From Marispirochaeta sp. (GTDB lineage: Bacteria; Spirochaetota; Spirochaetia; JC444; Marispirochaetaceae), in contig CAXXFF010000003.1 in NCBI GenBank assembly GCA_963676835.2, positions 864,001 through 928,000 on the forward strand: 64,000 nt of DNA, written 5' to 3'. Of this stretch, positions 44,542 to 55,552 are shown in pieces; position 1 is the stretch's first letter, and each line of letters opens with the position of its first letter. The position numbers were made by a program, and so were the translations under genes. The notes beneath the pieces are model-generated. The model worked only from the letters and a program-made list of their open reading frames with translations. It was not told the origin of the DNA and made no database searches.

Positions 44542-46206
44542 ATGCAGAAGGTAATGTGCAACCTGCCGTCAAAACGGTGGATAGAACTTGCATACGGAAC
44601 CAGGGTACAAGAGATTATCGACTCAGAAGAGGAATTTGCCGACCCTGAACACCCTGTTGTTGCCGCGCTGGTAAACAATGAACTGGTAAGCCTCTCCTTT
44701 AAAATTGAGATATCATCCACCCTCAAGCTTGTTTCACTGGCATCCGAAGCGGGAATGCGTATTTACCGCAACTCCCTCACCTTTCTGCTCTCCCGGGCCG
44801 TTTCCGAACTCTTTCCGGAGCGACAGCTCATAGTCGGCCACTCTCTGGGACACGGTTACTACTTCTATTTTGACGGGGAAACCGAGGTTGCAAAGGGAGA
44901 CCTTGAAAAGATCGACGCCCGCATGCATGAGATTGTAGAGCAGGATGAACCAATACAGCGGAAGGTTATTTCCTACGCTGAAGCGGTGGACTCCTTCCGT
45001 AAATCGGGAAACTACTCCCGGGTGGAGCTGCTGCGCTTCCGCAACGAAGCCAAGATTCCGGTTTATGAGAGCGGCGGACACCGGGAGATCGGCTATCAGC
45101 CCCTTGCTCCGTCTACCGGCCTGTTGAAGCTGTTTCAGCTGCGGGCCTACAATCCCGGTTTTCTGCTGCGCTACCCATCGTCGGCGGAACCGGATAAAAT
45201 TTCCGACTTTACCGACAGCCCGGTGCTCTTTCAGGTGTTCATGGAATACAAGGCCTGGGGAAAGATTCTGAATGTTAACAGCACGGGCAAACTGAACGAG
45301 CTTATCGAATCCCGAGGGATGGGAGACTTTATCCAGGTAGCCGAAGCCCTGCACAACAAAAAAATCGCCAGTATTGCCGACGGCATTGCCGAACGCCGGG
45401 GCACCGTCAAAGCGGTTATGATTGCAGGGCCCTCCTCTTCGGGAAAAACCACTTTCACCAAAAAGCTTGCCATTCAACTGAAAGTGCTGGGGTTTAACCC
45501 GGTCATCATCTCCCTGGATGATTATTTCGTCTCCCGGGCGGAGACCCCGAGGGATGAAAACGGCGACTACGATTTTGAATCTATCAAGGCCATAAATATT
45601 CCTCTTTTAAACAGTAACCTGCTGGAACTCTTTGACGAAAAAGAGGTGGAGATTCCCGTCTTCGACTTCAAGCTTGGAGCACCCAAGGCGGAAGGGCATA
45701 AACTGCAGCTGGACAACCGCAGCATTCTGCTTATGGAAGGCATCCACGGATTGAATGACGAACTTACCGCTCAGGTTCCGAAAGAGAGCAAATACAAGAT
45801 CTACGTATCCGCCCTTACCCAGCTGAACCTGGACGACCGCAACAGGATTCCCACCACCGACAACCGGCTGCTGCGCAGAATGGTGAGGGATCATCAGTTC
45901 CGCGGACACAGCGCTCTGCGGACCCTGCACATGTGGCCTTCTGTACGCCGGGGTGAGGACCGCAACATATTCCCCTACCAGAATAACGCCGATGCCGCCT
46001 TCAACTCCGCCCTGGACTACGAGCTGGCGGTGCTGAAAACCTACGCAGACCCGCTGCTGCGGACTGTAAAACCCTACGACCCGGAATATGCCGAAGCCAT
46101 ACGGCTTATGACCTTTCTAAATAACTTTGTGGGGATTCCCGACCGGCAGGTGCCGGGGGATTCAATTCTGCGGGAGTTTATCGGGGCTTCGAGCTTTAAG
46201 TACTAG
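44542..46206 (+). CDS. Nucleoside (uridine) kinase family protein with ThrRS-like N-terminal domains
   Basis: IAGPSSSGKTT, ISLDDYF, EGIHGLN, RRMVRD..FRG, FNSALDYEL. Confidence 0.88.
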   Translation: MQKVMCNLPSKRWIELAYGTRVQEIIDSEEEFADPEHPVVAALVNNELVSLSFKIEISSTLKLVSLASEAGMRIYRNSLTFLLSRAVSELFPERQLIVGHSLGHGYYFYFDGETEVAKGDLEKIDARMHEIVEQDEPIQRKVISYAEAVDSFRKSGNYSRVELLRFRNEAKIPVYESGGHREIGYQPLAPSTGLLKLFQLRAYNPGFLLRYPSSAEPDKISDFTDSPVLFQVFMEYKAWGKILNVNSTGKLNELIESRGMGDFIQVAEALHNKKIASIADGIAERRGTVKAVMIAGPSSSGKTTFTKKLAIQLKVLGFNPVIISLDDYFVSRAETPRDENGDYDFESIKAINIPLLNSNLLELFDEKEVEIPVFDFKLGAPKAEGHKLQLDNRSILLMEGIHGLNDELTAQVPKESKYKIYVSALTQLNLDDRNRIPTTDNRLLRRMVRDHQFRGHSALRTLHMWPSVRRGEDRNIFPYQNNADAAFNSALDYELAVLKTYADPLLRTVKPYDPEYAEAIRLMTFLNNFVGIPDRQVPGDSILREFIGASSFKY

Positions 46207-46209
46207 GAA

Positions 46210-47223
46210 TCAGGGTGTGGGGCCGACGTAGTTGACAGTAAAGTAGGTATTAGTCAAGTCATCGGGATACGCAATAAGATCCTGGTCTGATACTGCAGAA
46301 GCTGCAGCCCTGAGTCCATATATCTCAAAAGTATCCAGCCAATAGTTTATAATCGCTGCAAGATCAGTACTGGCGCCTAATGTAAAATTTCCGGCTATTA
46401 GATGAGGGCCAAGAACTGCCTGATTTACTGTTGAAAAATTTGAAATATTACTAAGGAAATTATGATAATCCTGTGGAGTACCATCATCAAAAAGAGGGGT
46501 TGATATTCGAGAGAGAGTAAATTGCCCCGACGATGTTACATTTCCTATATTGTAATGAAAATCTACAGACGCAACATCAATATTGTAGCTCGGTAATAAA
46601 CCTAAATCGGGGACAAGTATGATATAACCTGTAGATGCACCTATGCTTGCAATTGACATTGTCCCGCCGGTAAAACTATAGGTAGAGCCATCATAGAACA
46701 TTCCTCCAGCAAAGGCGCAGGGGATGTTGATAGAGGTAACCGTATTAAAAACGGTTTTGGGAGAGTATCGTTCATATACCCGGTCATCACCTTTAACGGT
46801 ATAATAGATTGCATAGTACCAGGTTTTAACTGTTGGGTTATTCTGATTTCCATCGAGATGAGTATAAACCGAGGAAGTAGTATCCAAAGAACTCCAGCCA
46901 TAAGTAGTAATGGTGGATGAATCAGTATCGTCTAATCCGGTCGGATATCGATTAGGGTTGCCCATGATTAACACTTCACCCTGGTTGTGCCCTGCATCGG
47001 CGGACCACATCCATGTAAATTTTGTCTGATCATAGCTTCCAGTGTTGTACTGAGGAGTAGCCCTGAAATAGTACACCGGAGAATTCTCATCATTGGGGTT
47101 AGTCCGGGCCCGGGGCTCCTCCAGCAGAAACTCACAGCCGGAAACAAACGTGAGCACAGAGAGCAACATGAGTACAGTAGTGACAGATTTCCAATATTTC
47201 ATACAACTAAACCTGTTTACCAT
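46210..47223 (-). CDS. Hypothetical lipoprotein (AT-rich gene)
   Basis: Lipobox VSGC followed by PRARTNPND; Thr/Ser/Tyr-rich. Confidence 0.72.
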   Translation of the reverse strand: MVNRFSCMKYWKSVTTVLMLLSVLTFVSGCEFLLEEPRARTNPNDENSPVYYFRATPQYNTGSYDQTKFTWMWSADAGHNQGEVLIMGNPNRYPTGLDDTDSSTITTYGWSSLDTTSSVYTHLDGNQNNPTVKTWYYAIYYTVKGDDRVYERYSPKTVFNTVTSINIPCAFAGGMFYDGSTYSFTGGTMSIASIGASTGYIILVPDLGLLPSYNIDVASVDFHYNIGNVTSSGQFTLSRISTPLFDDGTPQDYHNFLSNISNFSTVNQAVLGPHLIAGNFTLGASTDLAAIINYWLDTFEIYGLRAAASAVSDQDLIAYPDDLTNTYFTVNYVGPTP

Positions 47224-47229
47224 TTTTCA

Positions 47230-48927
47230 TTACTGAAATTCCAGATGCACATAGAAAGCCCCCCCTCCGGGAAGGGGAGAAAAGCGCAGGGCATCGGCAA
47301 GTGCAGCGCCGCTGCTGCCGCCAAAAGGATCGGGGAAGTTGAAAAGCTCCGCTGCAGCAAAACAGGCGGCACTGGTAAGCCAGGAGGCTACCGCCAGGGT
47401 TCCCATAAGTTCCGCAGAATCCATATAGTCTGCATAACTGCTGTAGGACTCTCCCACATTGCCGCTGCCTTCTATATAATCGTACCAGTCATACAAGGCG
47501 TAGCTGCGGTCGATTCCCGCCATGGCTGCAAAGAAATTTCCCCCGCCGAAAAAGAGCAGGCCGCTTCCGACAAGAACCCTGTCCCAGAAATTTGCCGGAC
47601 CGGTGGAGATTTTCCCCGGCATATCCGGCGCTGTCACCATCCACCAGGTACCGGTTCCCCAGAGGGCGGCAATTCCGCCGCCTCTTAAGACAACCCAGGG
47701 AATATCCCCAAGGGCCCGGTCGGCATAATAGTCGTTATTTTCGCCCTTGGCGGAGTTGTAGCTGAACTCTGCAAAGGAGTCCAGGCTGTTGAGATAGAGC
47801 ATATTTCCCGCCGTATAGGCCGTAAGGGCACTGTAGAAGCGGAATTTCCCTTTGCGGCTGAGCTTCAAGGCGTCGGAGCTGAAGATAGGGATACCCGCCG
47901 TTCCCAGCCCTGCTCCCATGGAAGAAAACCCGGCTACACGAAATATCTTCGACAACAGGAGCTCTGTTTCGTAGGTACCGTAGAAATCATCTATGTCGCT
48001 CTGACTGCTCGCCTGGGTGTATTTGTAATAATTGCCGGCAGCCATGGCATCCAGGTAAAAGCCGGTCAGGCTGAAGAGGTTGCCCAGCTGCATGGCGCCG
48101 ATTCCGGAGGTAAACAGAAGCATTCCCGTATCATATCCGGGCGCTGGAGTAGTATCCTCTTCCTTTTCTGCTGCTTTCTCCGCAGACTCTCCCGCAGTTT
48201 TTTCTGCTTCGTCACCTGATTTTATACTCTCTGTATCCTGAGCCGCAGTATCATCATCTCCAGACTCTGCTTTTGCGTCCCCGGATTCGGTATCAGGTTT
48301 CTGTTCTTCCCCGGTGTCGCCGGTTTCTGCAGATTTTTCTTCCCCGGAGGCATTGTCCGACGCTTCCGTTTTCTGCTGCTCAGGATTTTTTTCAGCCCCG
48401 GGCCCGGTGTCTGCGGCCTGTGCAACCGCTTCCGCAGGAGCTTCAATCAGGCCGGCCTCAATGGCCAGACTGGTTCCCAGGGCGGCGATGGTATCATCGA
48501 TATCACGGATGTCGAAAACCTGGTCCTCAACAGGCCCCAGGGTACTGCCGTCGGCAAGTAATCCGGAAAGAGAAATATCATACCCTGCAGCCCTGGAATC
48601 GATACCGAACAGTATCAGAGCATCAAGCCCCAGGGTTTGCGCAATTTCCGCTGCGCACGCATTATCGGTGCAGTTGTTGAGTATCGATGGATCAGCTCCG
48701 GCTTCCTGCAGGCGGGAGACAAGGTCCTCCCGGGTCAGAACTGTACCGCCGGTAAGACCGCTCAACTCTTTAAGGGCAAGTTCTTCCCCTACCCTGGCGG
48801 CATAACGGGGTACATCCTTTCCGGTGGAACTGAGCAGAGCAGAGTCTCCGGCATAAAGGTCCGAAACAACAAATAGCGCTGTAAGAATGAGAATTGCAGA
48901 AAATAGAACAGTCGGCTGTCTTTTCAT
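47230..48927 (-). CDS. Exported envelope protein: CsgG/TolB-N-like domain, acidic linker, hydrophobic C-terminal region
   Basis: Signal peptide, CTDNACAAEIAQTLG, E/K/A-rich linker, Gly-rich hydrophobic segments, terminal AFYVHLEFQ. Confidence 0.65.
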   Translation of the reverse strand: MKRQPTVLFSAILILTALFVVSDLYAGDSALLSSTGKDVPRYAARVGEELALKELSGLTGGTVLTREDLVSRLQEAGADPSILNNCTDNACAAEIAQTLGLDALILFGIDSRAAGYDISLSGLLADGSTLGPVEDQVFDIRDIDDTIAALGTSLAIEAGLIEAPAEAVAQAADTGPGAEKNPEQQKTEASDNASGEEKSAETGDTGEEQKPDTESGDAKAESGDDDTAAQDTESIKSGDEAEKTAGESAEKAAEKEEDTTPAPGYDTGMLLFTSGIGAMQLGNLFSLTGFYLDAMAAGNYYKYTQASSQSDIDDFYGTYETELLLSKIFRVAGFSSMGAGLGTAGIPIFSSDALKLSRKGKFRFYSALTAYTAGNMLYLNSLDSFAEFSYNSAKGENNDYYADRALGDIPWVVLRGGGIAALWGTGTWWMVTAPDMPGKISTGPANFWDRVLVGSGLLFFGGGNFFAAMAGIDRSYALYDWYDYIEGSGNVGESYSSYADYMDSAELMGTLAVASWLTSAACFAAAELFNFPDPFGGSSGAALADALRFSPLPGGGAFYVHLEFQ

Positions 48928-49045
48928 ATACTCTGCCTATTATAGTCTGAAAATGAAAAATGAATAAACTCCAAATTTCAATTAGCCGGCTCTCCAGTCC
49001 ATCTGGATAATAGACCTTGGTGCCCATAGCCGGTAGGATAGGCCC

Positions 49046-50323
49046 ATGGCGCAGAAATCTCCTACGAATACCGACAAACTGGACCAGTTCAGATCGTCTC
49101 CCCTCTTTACAGGCCTCTCCACGCAAGACAGATCAGCCATGGAAAAACTTGCCGCAGAAGAAAGGCTCTCGGTACAACAGCTGCGCCGTATACTCGAAGC
49201 TGCCAGAGATCTGCAGATGTGGGGAGCATCATCACTGGCCGAACTGACAGCACAGCTTCCATCGGATGAAAAGAAATCGAAGCAGCGGGGGGCAAAGATT
49301 ACGGAAATGCTGATTTCCTCATGGGAGGAGGCCCGTCAGCAGGGGCCGGACTACTCTGCCCCTGCAAAAAACCGCATGGGGACAAATCAGCATATTGAAG
49401 AATCCCCGGCCCCCAGGACAATTCTGGGAGACTGCCCCGTGGCCTCACCGAAAACCCGCTGCTGCAACCTGCAGACCCTGGATGCCGCCATAAACTGCGG
49501 TTTCGGCTGTTCCTACTGCACCATCCAGTCCTTTTATGACGAAGGACGAATCTTTCTTCACTCCGATCTTAAAGAGCATCTGACTCAATTGCAGCTGGAT
49601 CCGGAGAAAACCTATCACATTGGAACCGGCCAGTCTTCAGACTCTCTTATGTGGGGAAACAAAGGTGATCTTTTAAAACATCTTTTTGACTTTGCCCGGC
49701 ACAACCCCAATGTCATACTTGAGCTTAAAACAAAATCCGCCAATACAGGCTACCTGCTTGAAAACAGACCCCCGGCAAATGTACTTGCCACATGGACCCT
49801 CAACAGCAGACAGGTAATCGAACACGAAGAACACGGCACAGCATCCTTAGACGAACGGATTAATGCGGCCCGCCGCTGTGCCGATGCAGGCATACTCGTG
49901 GGATTCCACTTTCACCCCATGATCCGCCATCAGGGCTGGCAGGAAGCGTACAGTAAGGTATTTCAGCTGCTGCTGGAAAAATTTTCCCCCGAAGAAGTTG
50001 CCCTCACCTCAATCGGTACCCTTACCTACATAAAACCGGTTATCCGGGCGATCCGGGAAAGAGGAGAGCATACCCAGGTGCTGAGGCTTCCCCTGGAGGA
50101 GACTGCGGGTAAATACTCCTATCCTTTTACCATCAAAAAGGAGCTCTTCTCATTCGCCTACCAGTCCCTCAAGCCCTGGCATGAGAAGGTGTTTTTCTAT
50201 ATGTGCATGGAGGATCCGGAGCTTTGGCAGCCGGTCTTCGGCAGAGGCTATTCAGACAATGAGAGTTTTGAAGAGGCTATGAAAACGGCATATATGGAGA
50301 AAATCAGGTCACATACCCGATAA
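49046..50323 (+). CDS. Spore-photoproduct-lyase-like radical SAM protein
   Basis: CGFGCSYC (CxxxCxxC), GTGQSSDSL, LELKTKS, ERI.AA, GFHFHP, YMCME. Confidence 0.82.
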   Translation: MAQKSPTNTDKLDQFRSSPLFTGLSTQDRSAMEKLAAEERLSVQQLRRILEAARDLQMWGASSLAELTAQLPSDEKKSKQRGAKITEMLISSWEEARQQGPDYSAPAKNRMGTNQHIEESPAPRTILGDCPVASPKTRCCNLQTLDAAINCGFGCSYCTIQSFYDEGRIFLHSDLKEHLTQLQLDPEKTYHIGTGQSSDSLMWGNKGDLLKHLFDFARHNPNVILELKTKSANTGYLLENRPPANVLATWTLNSRQVIEHEEHGTASLDERINAARRCADAGILVGFHFHPMIRHQGWQEAYSKVFQLLLEKFSPEEVALTSIGTLTYIKPVIRAIRERGEHTQVLRLPLEETAGKYSYPFTIKKELFSFAYQSLKPWHEKVFFYMCMEDPELWQPVFGRGYSDNESFEEAMKTAYMEKIRSHTR

Positions 50324-50731
50324 TCAGTATTCCACCCCGGCCTCTTTCAGGCATTCCCGGATGGAGGCAATAAGGTCCTTATCCTTCCAGGGTTTTATCA
50401 GCAGAGCATCCGTAAGGTGTTCGGACTGAATATTCTGAATGGCCTCCTGGGATGCATGGCCGGTAATCATTATGGTTTTCACTTCGGGATAGCTTACCTT
50501 GATATGCCGGAGAAACTCATCTCCTTTCATGCCAGGCATCAGCCAGTCGGTTATTACCAGGATTAGACGAATTCCGTCGGCCACAAGATCCTCAATAATT
50601 TCCACCCCCTCGTCTGCGGTGAGAGCTGTTTCATAGAGAAACCGCCCGCCGAAGGCATTCTTCAGTTCTTCCTTAATTGCCAGAAGGATCAGTGCCTCAT
50701 CGTCGACGCACAGAATTGCAAGTTTTGACAT
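50324..50731 (-). CDS. Stand-alone response regulator receiver
   Basis: LCVDDE, ITDWLMPGMKG, MITG, KPW. Confidence 0.9.
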   Translation of the reverse strand: MSKLAILCVDDEALILLAIKEELKNAFGGRFLYETALTADEGVEIIEDLVADGIRLILVITDWLMPGMKGDEFLRHIKVSYPEVKTIMITGHASQEAIQNIQSEHLTDALLIKPWKDKDLIASIRECLKEAGVEY

Positions 50732-53029
50732 TTAATCTCCCGGTACTTCTTCGGTAAATCTTTGCAAGTAGACACTGAATACGGTATTCCCCGGACTGCT
50801 GGTAAACTCAATACGGCCCTCATGACCGTTGATTATACTCCTGCAGATATCCAGCCCCAGACCTGTTCCCGTTCCTTCCTGTTTTGTAGAAAAGAAAGGA
50901 TCGAAAATCTGTTCTTTAATCGCCTCAGGAATACCCGGTCCATTGTCCCCCACGGAAATTCGGACCATTTCTCCCTCGTCCGCAGTTTCAAGGGTCAACT
51001 CCCCTTTATAGGACATTGCCTGAAGGGCATTGTTAATAAGGTTTACCAGTACCTGGTTAAGTTGATCCTTGTTTGCCGAGACAGCAGTGCTGCTCAAAAA
51101 GTTCCGTTTTATTGTAACACCTTGTTTCAGAGTGTTGTAATAAATTATCAGCAAATTTTCGATCTCCCTCACCGGATCAGTTTTTTCCATTCGGTACTGG
51201 TGAGTCTTGCGGGAGTAGCTTCCCACGGCGGCCACGGTTATGGATGCCTTTGTGGCAGCCTGCCGGATTATAGTCAGGGCCTGAATAATGGAGACAACCT
51301 TCATGGCGCCGTTAAGGAGGTCAAACTGCCCGTTCTTTACCAGCCGGGCAATGCGCTGCTCCTCTTCGGCCAGGCCGTAAGTTATAATACTATCCGCAAG
51401 GCTATTAGCATCCTCCACCCCGAGTTCCTCAAAACGCCCGGCCATTTCCCGTCGGGCTTTTCTGTCCCCATACAGTGCAATCTCCCGGGATAGATTCCCC
51501 GCATGGGTAAAGAGTGCCCTCAAATGATCCTTGTCCTCCGGAGCGATCTTCACCAGGGCAGAGAAACTCGTTTCCAGTAACTGGGGGCCGGAACGTTCGA
51601 TTAAATTGAGAGAAGACTCTATTGCTCCAAGAGGCGTATTAAGCTCATGGGCGATATTGGCAGCCAGCCGGCCCAGAACCGCAAGCTTCTCTGTTTCAAT
51701 AACCTTGTCCCGGGTAAGCTCCAGGGTCTTCATAGACTGTTCAAGCTCGGAGGTTCTCTGATCAACCCGGTCTTCCAGGTCCCGGTTAATCTCTTCATAG
51801 CGGGCAAGATAGTGCTGAACCGTATCGGCCATATTATTAAAAGACTCAGCAAGACGACCAAGCTCATCACTGCGATGGTACGCAAGCCTGCCTTTGAATT
51901 CGCCGGAAGCCATTGCCTCCGTAAGGGCCACCATATCTATTACCGGACGGCTGAGAACCCGGGCGGAGAGAGAAATGAGGATAAAAATAAGCAGAAAAGC
52001 TGCTGCACTGAATACAAGCTGCCATCGTATATTACTATTAATATCCCGGTAGACATTCTCCATGGGAAGAAAGAGGGCAACATACCAATTACCGCCTGCC
52101 TTCCCGAGGCTGACCGGGGTAAACTGAATAAGCATCCAGCCTGAGGTGGGAGAAAAAAGCTTATCGTAGGCAAAGGAATTCCCATCCCGCATTGAATACA
52201 TTATCTTTTCAAAGTCATCCCGCGGCAGCTCTTCACCAAAGAGTTCTCCCACCGCTGATGTCTCCGGATGAGAAAGCTGCATTCCCGTACTGCCGTTGAC
52301 AAGTATAATGTGTCCGCCATAGGGAACTTCCAGAGACTCAATGATGGGTTGAAGCTGCAGGAGATCGATATCAAAACCGGCAACACCCATAAACTTATTG
52401 TCCGAATAGATGGGAATACAGAGGCTGGTCTCCAGAATGGTATCATCCGCCCTTCCGCTATAGGAATAGAAATAGGGGTCCAGGACCATTTCCAGACCAG
52501 TTTGTTTGGGCAGCTGATAAAAATCTCCCAGGTACGTCTCATCGGTGATTGTTCCCTGCTGAAGAATGCCGCCGGAGTAGTACCAGGTGGCATCAAAGCC
52601 TCCATTCGGGGCAGTCAGGGGAGTGCCATGGAACTTGTCAGGATCATCCCTCAGAGCCCCGGGCTCCATCTGCATCCAGGCTGCGAGAATATCCGCACGA
52701 TTCTGAATCAGGCTTCTTCTGACCATATCTGAAAAAAGAAGACGCCGGCTCTCCGGGGGATATAGTTCATAACCTTCCGCAATATGCACCAATGTTCTTA
52801 AGGAGGCAAATTGCCTGTCCAGGAATGCTTCAATCTGCAGGGCACAGCTTTCAGCTGCCGCCCTGGTTGAATGGTGAGCAGTATCTTTCAGATCATTATA
52901 GATGCGGAAATTAAGCAGAACGATCAGGATAACCGTAGGCAGCAGGGACGCAAGCCCAATGAGGGTAAGCATCCTGAGAAAAAGGGAATATTTTCGTTCC
53001 TTGACTTTTCCTTTCTGATTACCTTTCAC
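50732..53029 (-). CDS. dCache-HAMP sensor histidine kinase
   Basis: Two TM helices, LDPY.Y and GVAGFDI Cache motifs, DELG.LA..FN HAMP, IAHELNTP, NLINNA, DNGPG, GTGLGL. Confidence 0.92.
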   Translation of the reverse strand: MKGNQKGKVKERKYSLFLRMLTLIGLASLLPTVILIVLLNFRIYNDLKDTAHHSTRAAAESCALQIEAFLDRQFASLRTLVHIAEGYELYPPESRRLLFSDMVRRSLIQNRADILAAWMQMEPGALRDDPDKFHGTPLTAPNGGFDATWYYSGGILQQGTITDETYLGDFYQLPKQTGLEMVLDPYFYSYSGRADDTILETSLCIPIYSDNKFMGVAGFDIDLLQLQPIIESLEVPYGGHIILVNGSTGMQLSHPETSAVGELFGEELPRDDFEKIMYSMRDGNSFAYDKLFSPTSGWMLIQFTPVSLGKAGGNWYVALFLPMENVYRDINSNIRWQLVFSAAAFLLIFILISLSARVLSRPVIDMVALTEAMASGEFKGRLAYHRSDELGRLAESFNNMADTVQHYLARYEEINRDLEDRVDQRTSELEQSMKTLELTRDKVIETEKLAVLGRLAANIAHELNTPLGAIESSLNLIERSGPQLLETSFSALVKIAPEDKDHLRALFTHAGNLSREIALYGDRKARREMAGRFEELGVEDANSLADSIITYGLAEEEQRIARLVKNGQFDLLNGAMKVVSIIQALTIIRQAATKASITVAAVGSYSRKTHQYRMEKTDPVREIENLLIIYYNTLKQGVTIKRNFLSSTAVSANKDQLNQVLVNLINNALQAMSYKGELTLETADEGEMVRISVGDNGPGIPEAIKEQIFDPFFSTKQEGTGTGLGLDICRSIINGHEGRIEFTSSPGNTVFSVYLQRFTEEVPGD

Positions 53030-53104
53030 TTCAATTACCGTAATCCAGTATCGATTCCGGCAATATTAAAGTCAAGAGAATTACTCAGGATTATTCTGCA
53101 ACCT

Positions 53105-55258
53105 TCATTTTGCAGGATCTGCAAGTTTAAAGCGCCCGGTCAGATCATCAACCTTACGGATACTGTCCTGGTTGAGAAGACTCTGCTCCTTGACCGCCAG
53201 AACCGCAGAGTCAATCTCTCCGATACCGGTGGTTATCTCCGACATTCCTCCGGCTACACTTGTACTTATCTGCTGAAGCTGCTGAAAATCCTGAAGAATC
53301 CGGTCACTCCGCTCCTCCATGGAGTTGGATGAGTCCATTACACTCTGGGTAATCCCGGTAATATCAGCAAGGGCTGACCGTATTTCAGTGGAACTTGCAA
53401 CCTGTTCCGAAACAGATTTCATGACATCATTCTGAAGACGGTTAACCGTCTCCACCAGGTTATTCATTACCTCGAAACTCTCTTCGGTGGACCGAGCGGA
53501 AACAACCGAGTCGTTTATATGCCCCTGGATGGACTTCAGATTTTGTGAGATTGACTTCGAATGAGCCGAGGCATTCTCTGCAAGCTTGCGGATTTCATCT
53601 GCCACAACAGCAAACCCCCGCCCGGCCTCACCGGCATGGGCAGCCTCAATTGCAGCATTCATTGCCAGCAAATTGGTCTGGGATGCAATACTGAATATCA
53701 GAGTATTTGCATCAGCCAGCTGTTCCGACTGGCGGGCAATAGTATCAATCTGACTCGTAACCTGATTCAGATTTTCCCGGCCGCTTTTTGATGAGACAAC
53801 CAGCTGACTGATCTGCTCACTGGTCTGCTCTGTAAGAGTCTGTTCCACCCGGATGTTGTTCAAGAGCATCTCTATCGAAGCTGAAGACTGGGTTACACCG
53901 GCGGCCTGGCCCTCTATCTGCCCGTGGAGGTCCTTGAGACTATTCAGGAATGTGCCCAACACATCCATCGATTTTGACACAGTATCGTTTTGAATATCCA
54001 CCTGCTTTTCCATATTTGTCAGAATGGATGAAATCTCAGCTTCCGCGGCGGCTGTCTCTTCCATGCTGCCCGCAAGTTCGGTGCTTATATTCTCAAGATT
54101 ACGGATCTCCTTTATAACATCACCGATAAGTCCGTTCAGACTCAGAATAAAGGCATTGAAATTGCCTGAAAGCCGGGCTATTTCATCCCGGCCCCTGCTG
54201 GGCAGGGTAATGGATAAATCGCCCTCCCCTTCGGCCATTCTTGAAAGCAGCATCCCCATCTGATTGAGGGGAGCGGTAATTGCGCGGATAAATATATAAC
54301 TTAATACCAGAATAAGAACCAGAAGTACCGCTAAGGCAATAAAGGTAAAATTAAGAGAGGATATTATACCGTCGAGAATCGTCTGGTTAAAACTTCGTGT
54401 TTCATCTATCTCCCTCAGGGTAACAGCGTTTATACGTTGAACAACGTCTGTTGCGTTTTCCCAGAACTCTTCATATTCCTGCCTGTAACTACCCCTTCCT
54501 GCATAGTTGAGAATCTCCTTCAGGGTGTCGGTTATGAAAATCCATGAAGTGGAAGAATACAAAGCTCTGATCTCCATCGTAGAATCACTGCTAAGCACAA
54601 GTCCGGGGCTTGATAGAGAGAGGGATACCGCCTCGTAATCACTGATCAGGGTAAAGAGCATATGCTGATTCACCGGTTCATCTGCAGAAAGAACTCCGGA
54701 GCTGTACCCTCTGAACCGCCCGGCACCTTCCTGGGCGTTAGCCAGAATCATCATTGAAACTATCCGCTTACCAATTCCACCGGTGGTCTTTCGGGAAGCG
54801 ATCTCGCTGTTGGCCAGGAAGAGGGTATTAACCATCTCGGAATAGTACTCCATGACACCGGCAATGGAGATATTGCGGGAATTAGCCCGGACCCTAATGC
54901 TCTTTAGATCATCATTAATTCCGTTAAGCTGGTTAAGGGTCTCTTCAGACAGCAGCGAATAAAATATGCTGCCCTGCAGAACCTGGACTTTGCCGTCCGT
55001 TGCATTCCTCAATTCCTTCAGCTTCTCCATGTTTGTACTCCCACCAACATAAGCAGAAGATGTACCACGCTCAACCTGCAGGGCACCAATAAGTGCAAAG
55101 CTCTTCTCCATAAAATCAAGGTAGCTGTTCTGTGACTTTATGATAGCAAGCTCCTGAATACTCTTCAGAGAAGATGAAGTTCCAAGGACAACAAATGCTG
55201 CAAAGGGAATGAATACCAGTAACAGAAGTTTTTTTCTAAGAGATAGGTGTATTTGCAT
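53105..55258 (-). CDS. Methyl-accepting chemotaxis protein with NIT-like sensor
   Basis: LQVERG.S and EGAGRFRG in the periplasmic domain, [39 protein letters not shown]. Confidence 0.92.
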   Translation of the reverse strand: MQIHLSLRKKLLLLVFIPFAAFVVLGTSSSLKSIQELAIIKSQNSYLDFMEKSFALIGALQVERGTSSAYVGGSTNMEKLKELRNATDGKVQVLQGSIFYSLLSEETLNQLNGINDDLKSIRVRANSRNISIAGVMEYYSEMVNTLFLANSEIASRKTTGGIGKRIVSMMILANAQEGAGRFRGYSSGVLSADEPVNQHMLFTLISDYEAVSLSLSSPGLVLSSDSTMEIRALYSSTSWIFITDTLKEILNYAGRGSYRQEYEEFWENATDVVQRINAVTLREIDETRSFNQTILDGIISSLNFTFIALAVLLVLILVLSYIFIRAITAPLNQMGMLLSRMAEGEGDLSITLPSRGRDEIARLSGNFNAFILSLNGLIGDVIKEIRNLENISTELAGSMEETAAAEAEISSILTNMEKQVDIQNDTVSKSMDVLGTFLNSLKDLHGQIEGQAAGVTQSSASIEMLLNNIRVEQTLTEQTSEQISQLVVSSKSGRENLNQVTSQIDTIARQSEQLADANTLIFSIASQTNLLAMNAAIEAAHAGEAGRGFAVVADEIRKLAENASAHSKSISQNLKSIQGHINDSVVSARSTEESFEVMNNLVETVNRLQNDVMKSVSEQVASSTEIRSALADITGITQSVMDSSNSMEERSDRILQDFQQLQQISTSVAGGMSEITTGIGEIDSAVLAVKEQSLLNQDSIRKVDDLTGRFKLADPAK

Positions 55259-55552
55259 AAAAACATCCACAAAAGAATAGATCGTTAACAAAAATTATCG
55301 AAAGTGCTGGTGCAGATGTCAAATTCTACAATCGATAAAAGTATCAATAGAGCAGTAGAATCTATACAGTCGAAAATACAGGAGAAGAGAAACAGTGAGT
55401 TTATCTGTATACCGAAAATCCTGCAGACATAAGCTCTTAAGCCAGGTCCTGCAGGATTCTCTATTAGACAAAAGGTTTTATAGCATGAAGTTCCGGCAGG
55501 GGGTCTTTATCGCTTTTCCATATCAGCCCTCAGCCTGATTCTCTGATGAGGA

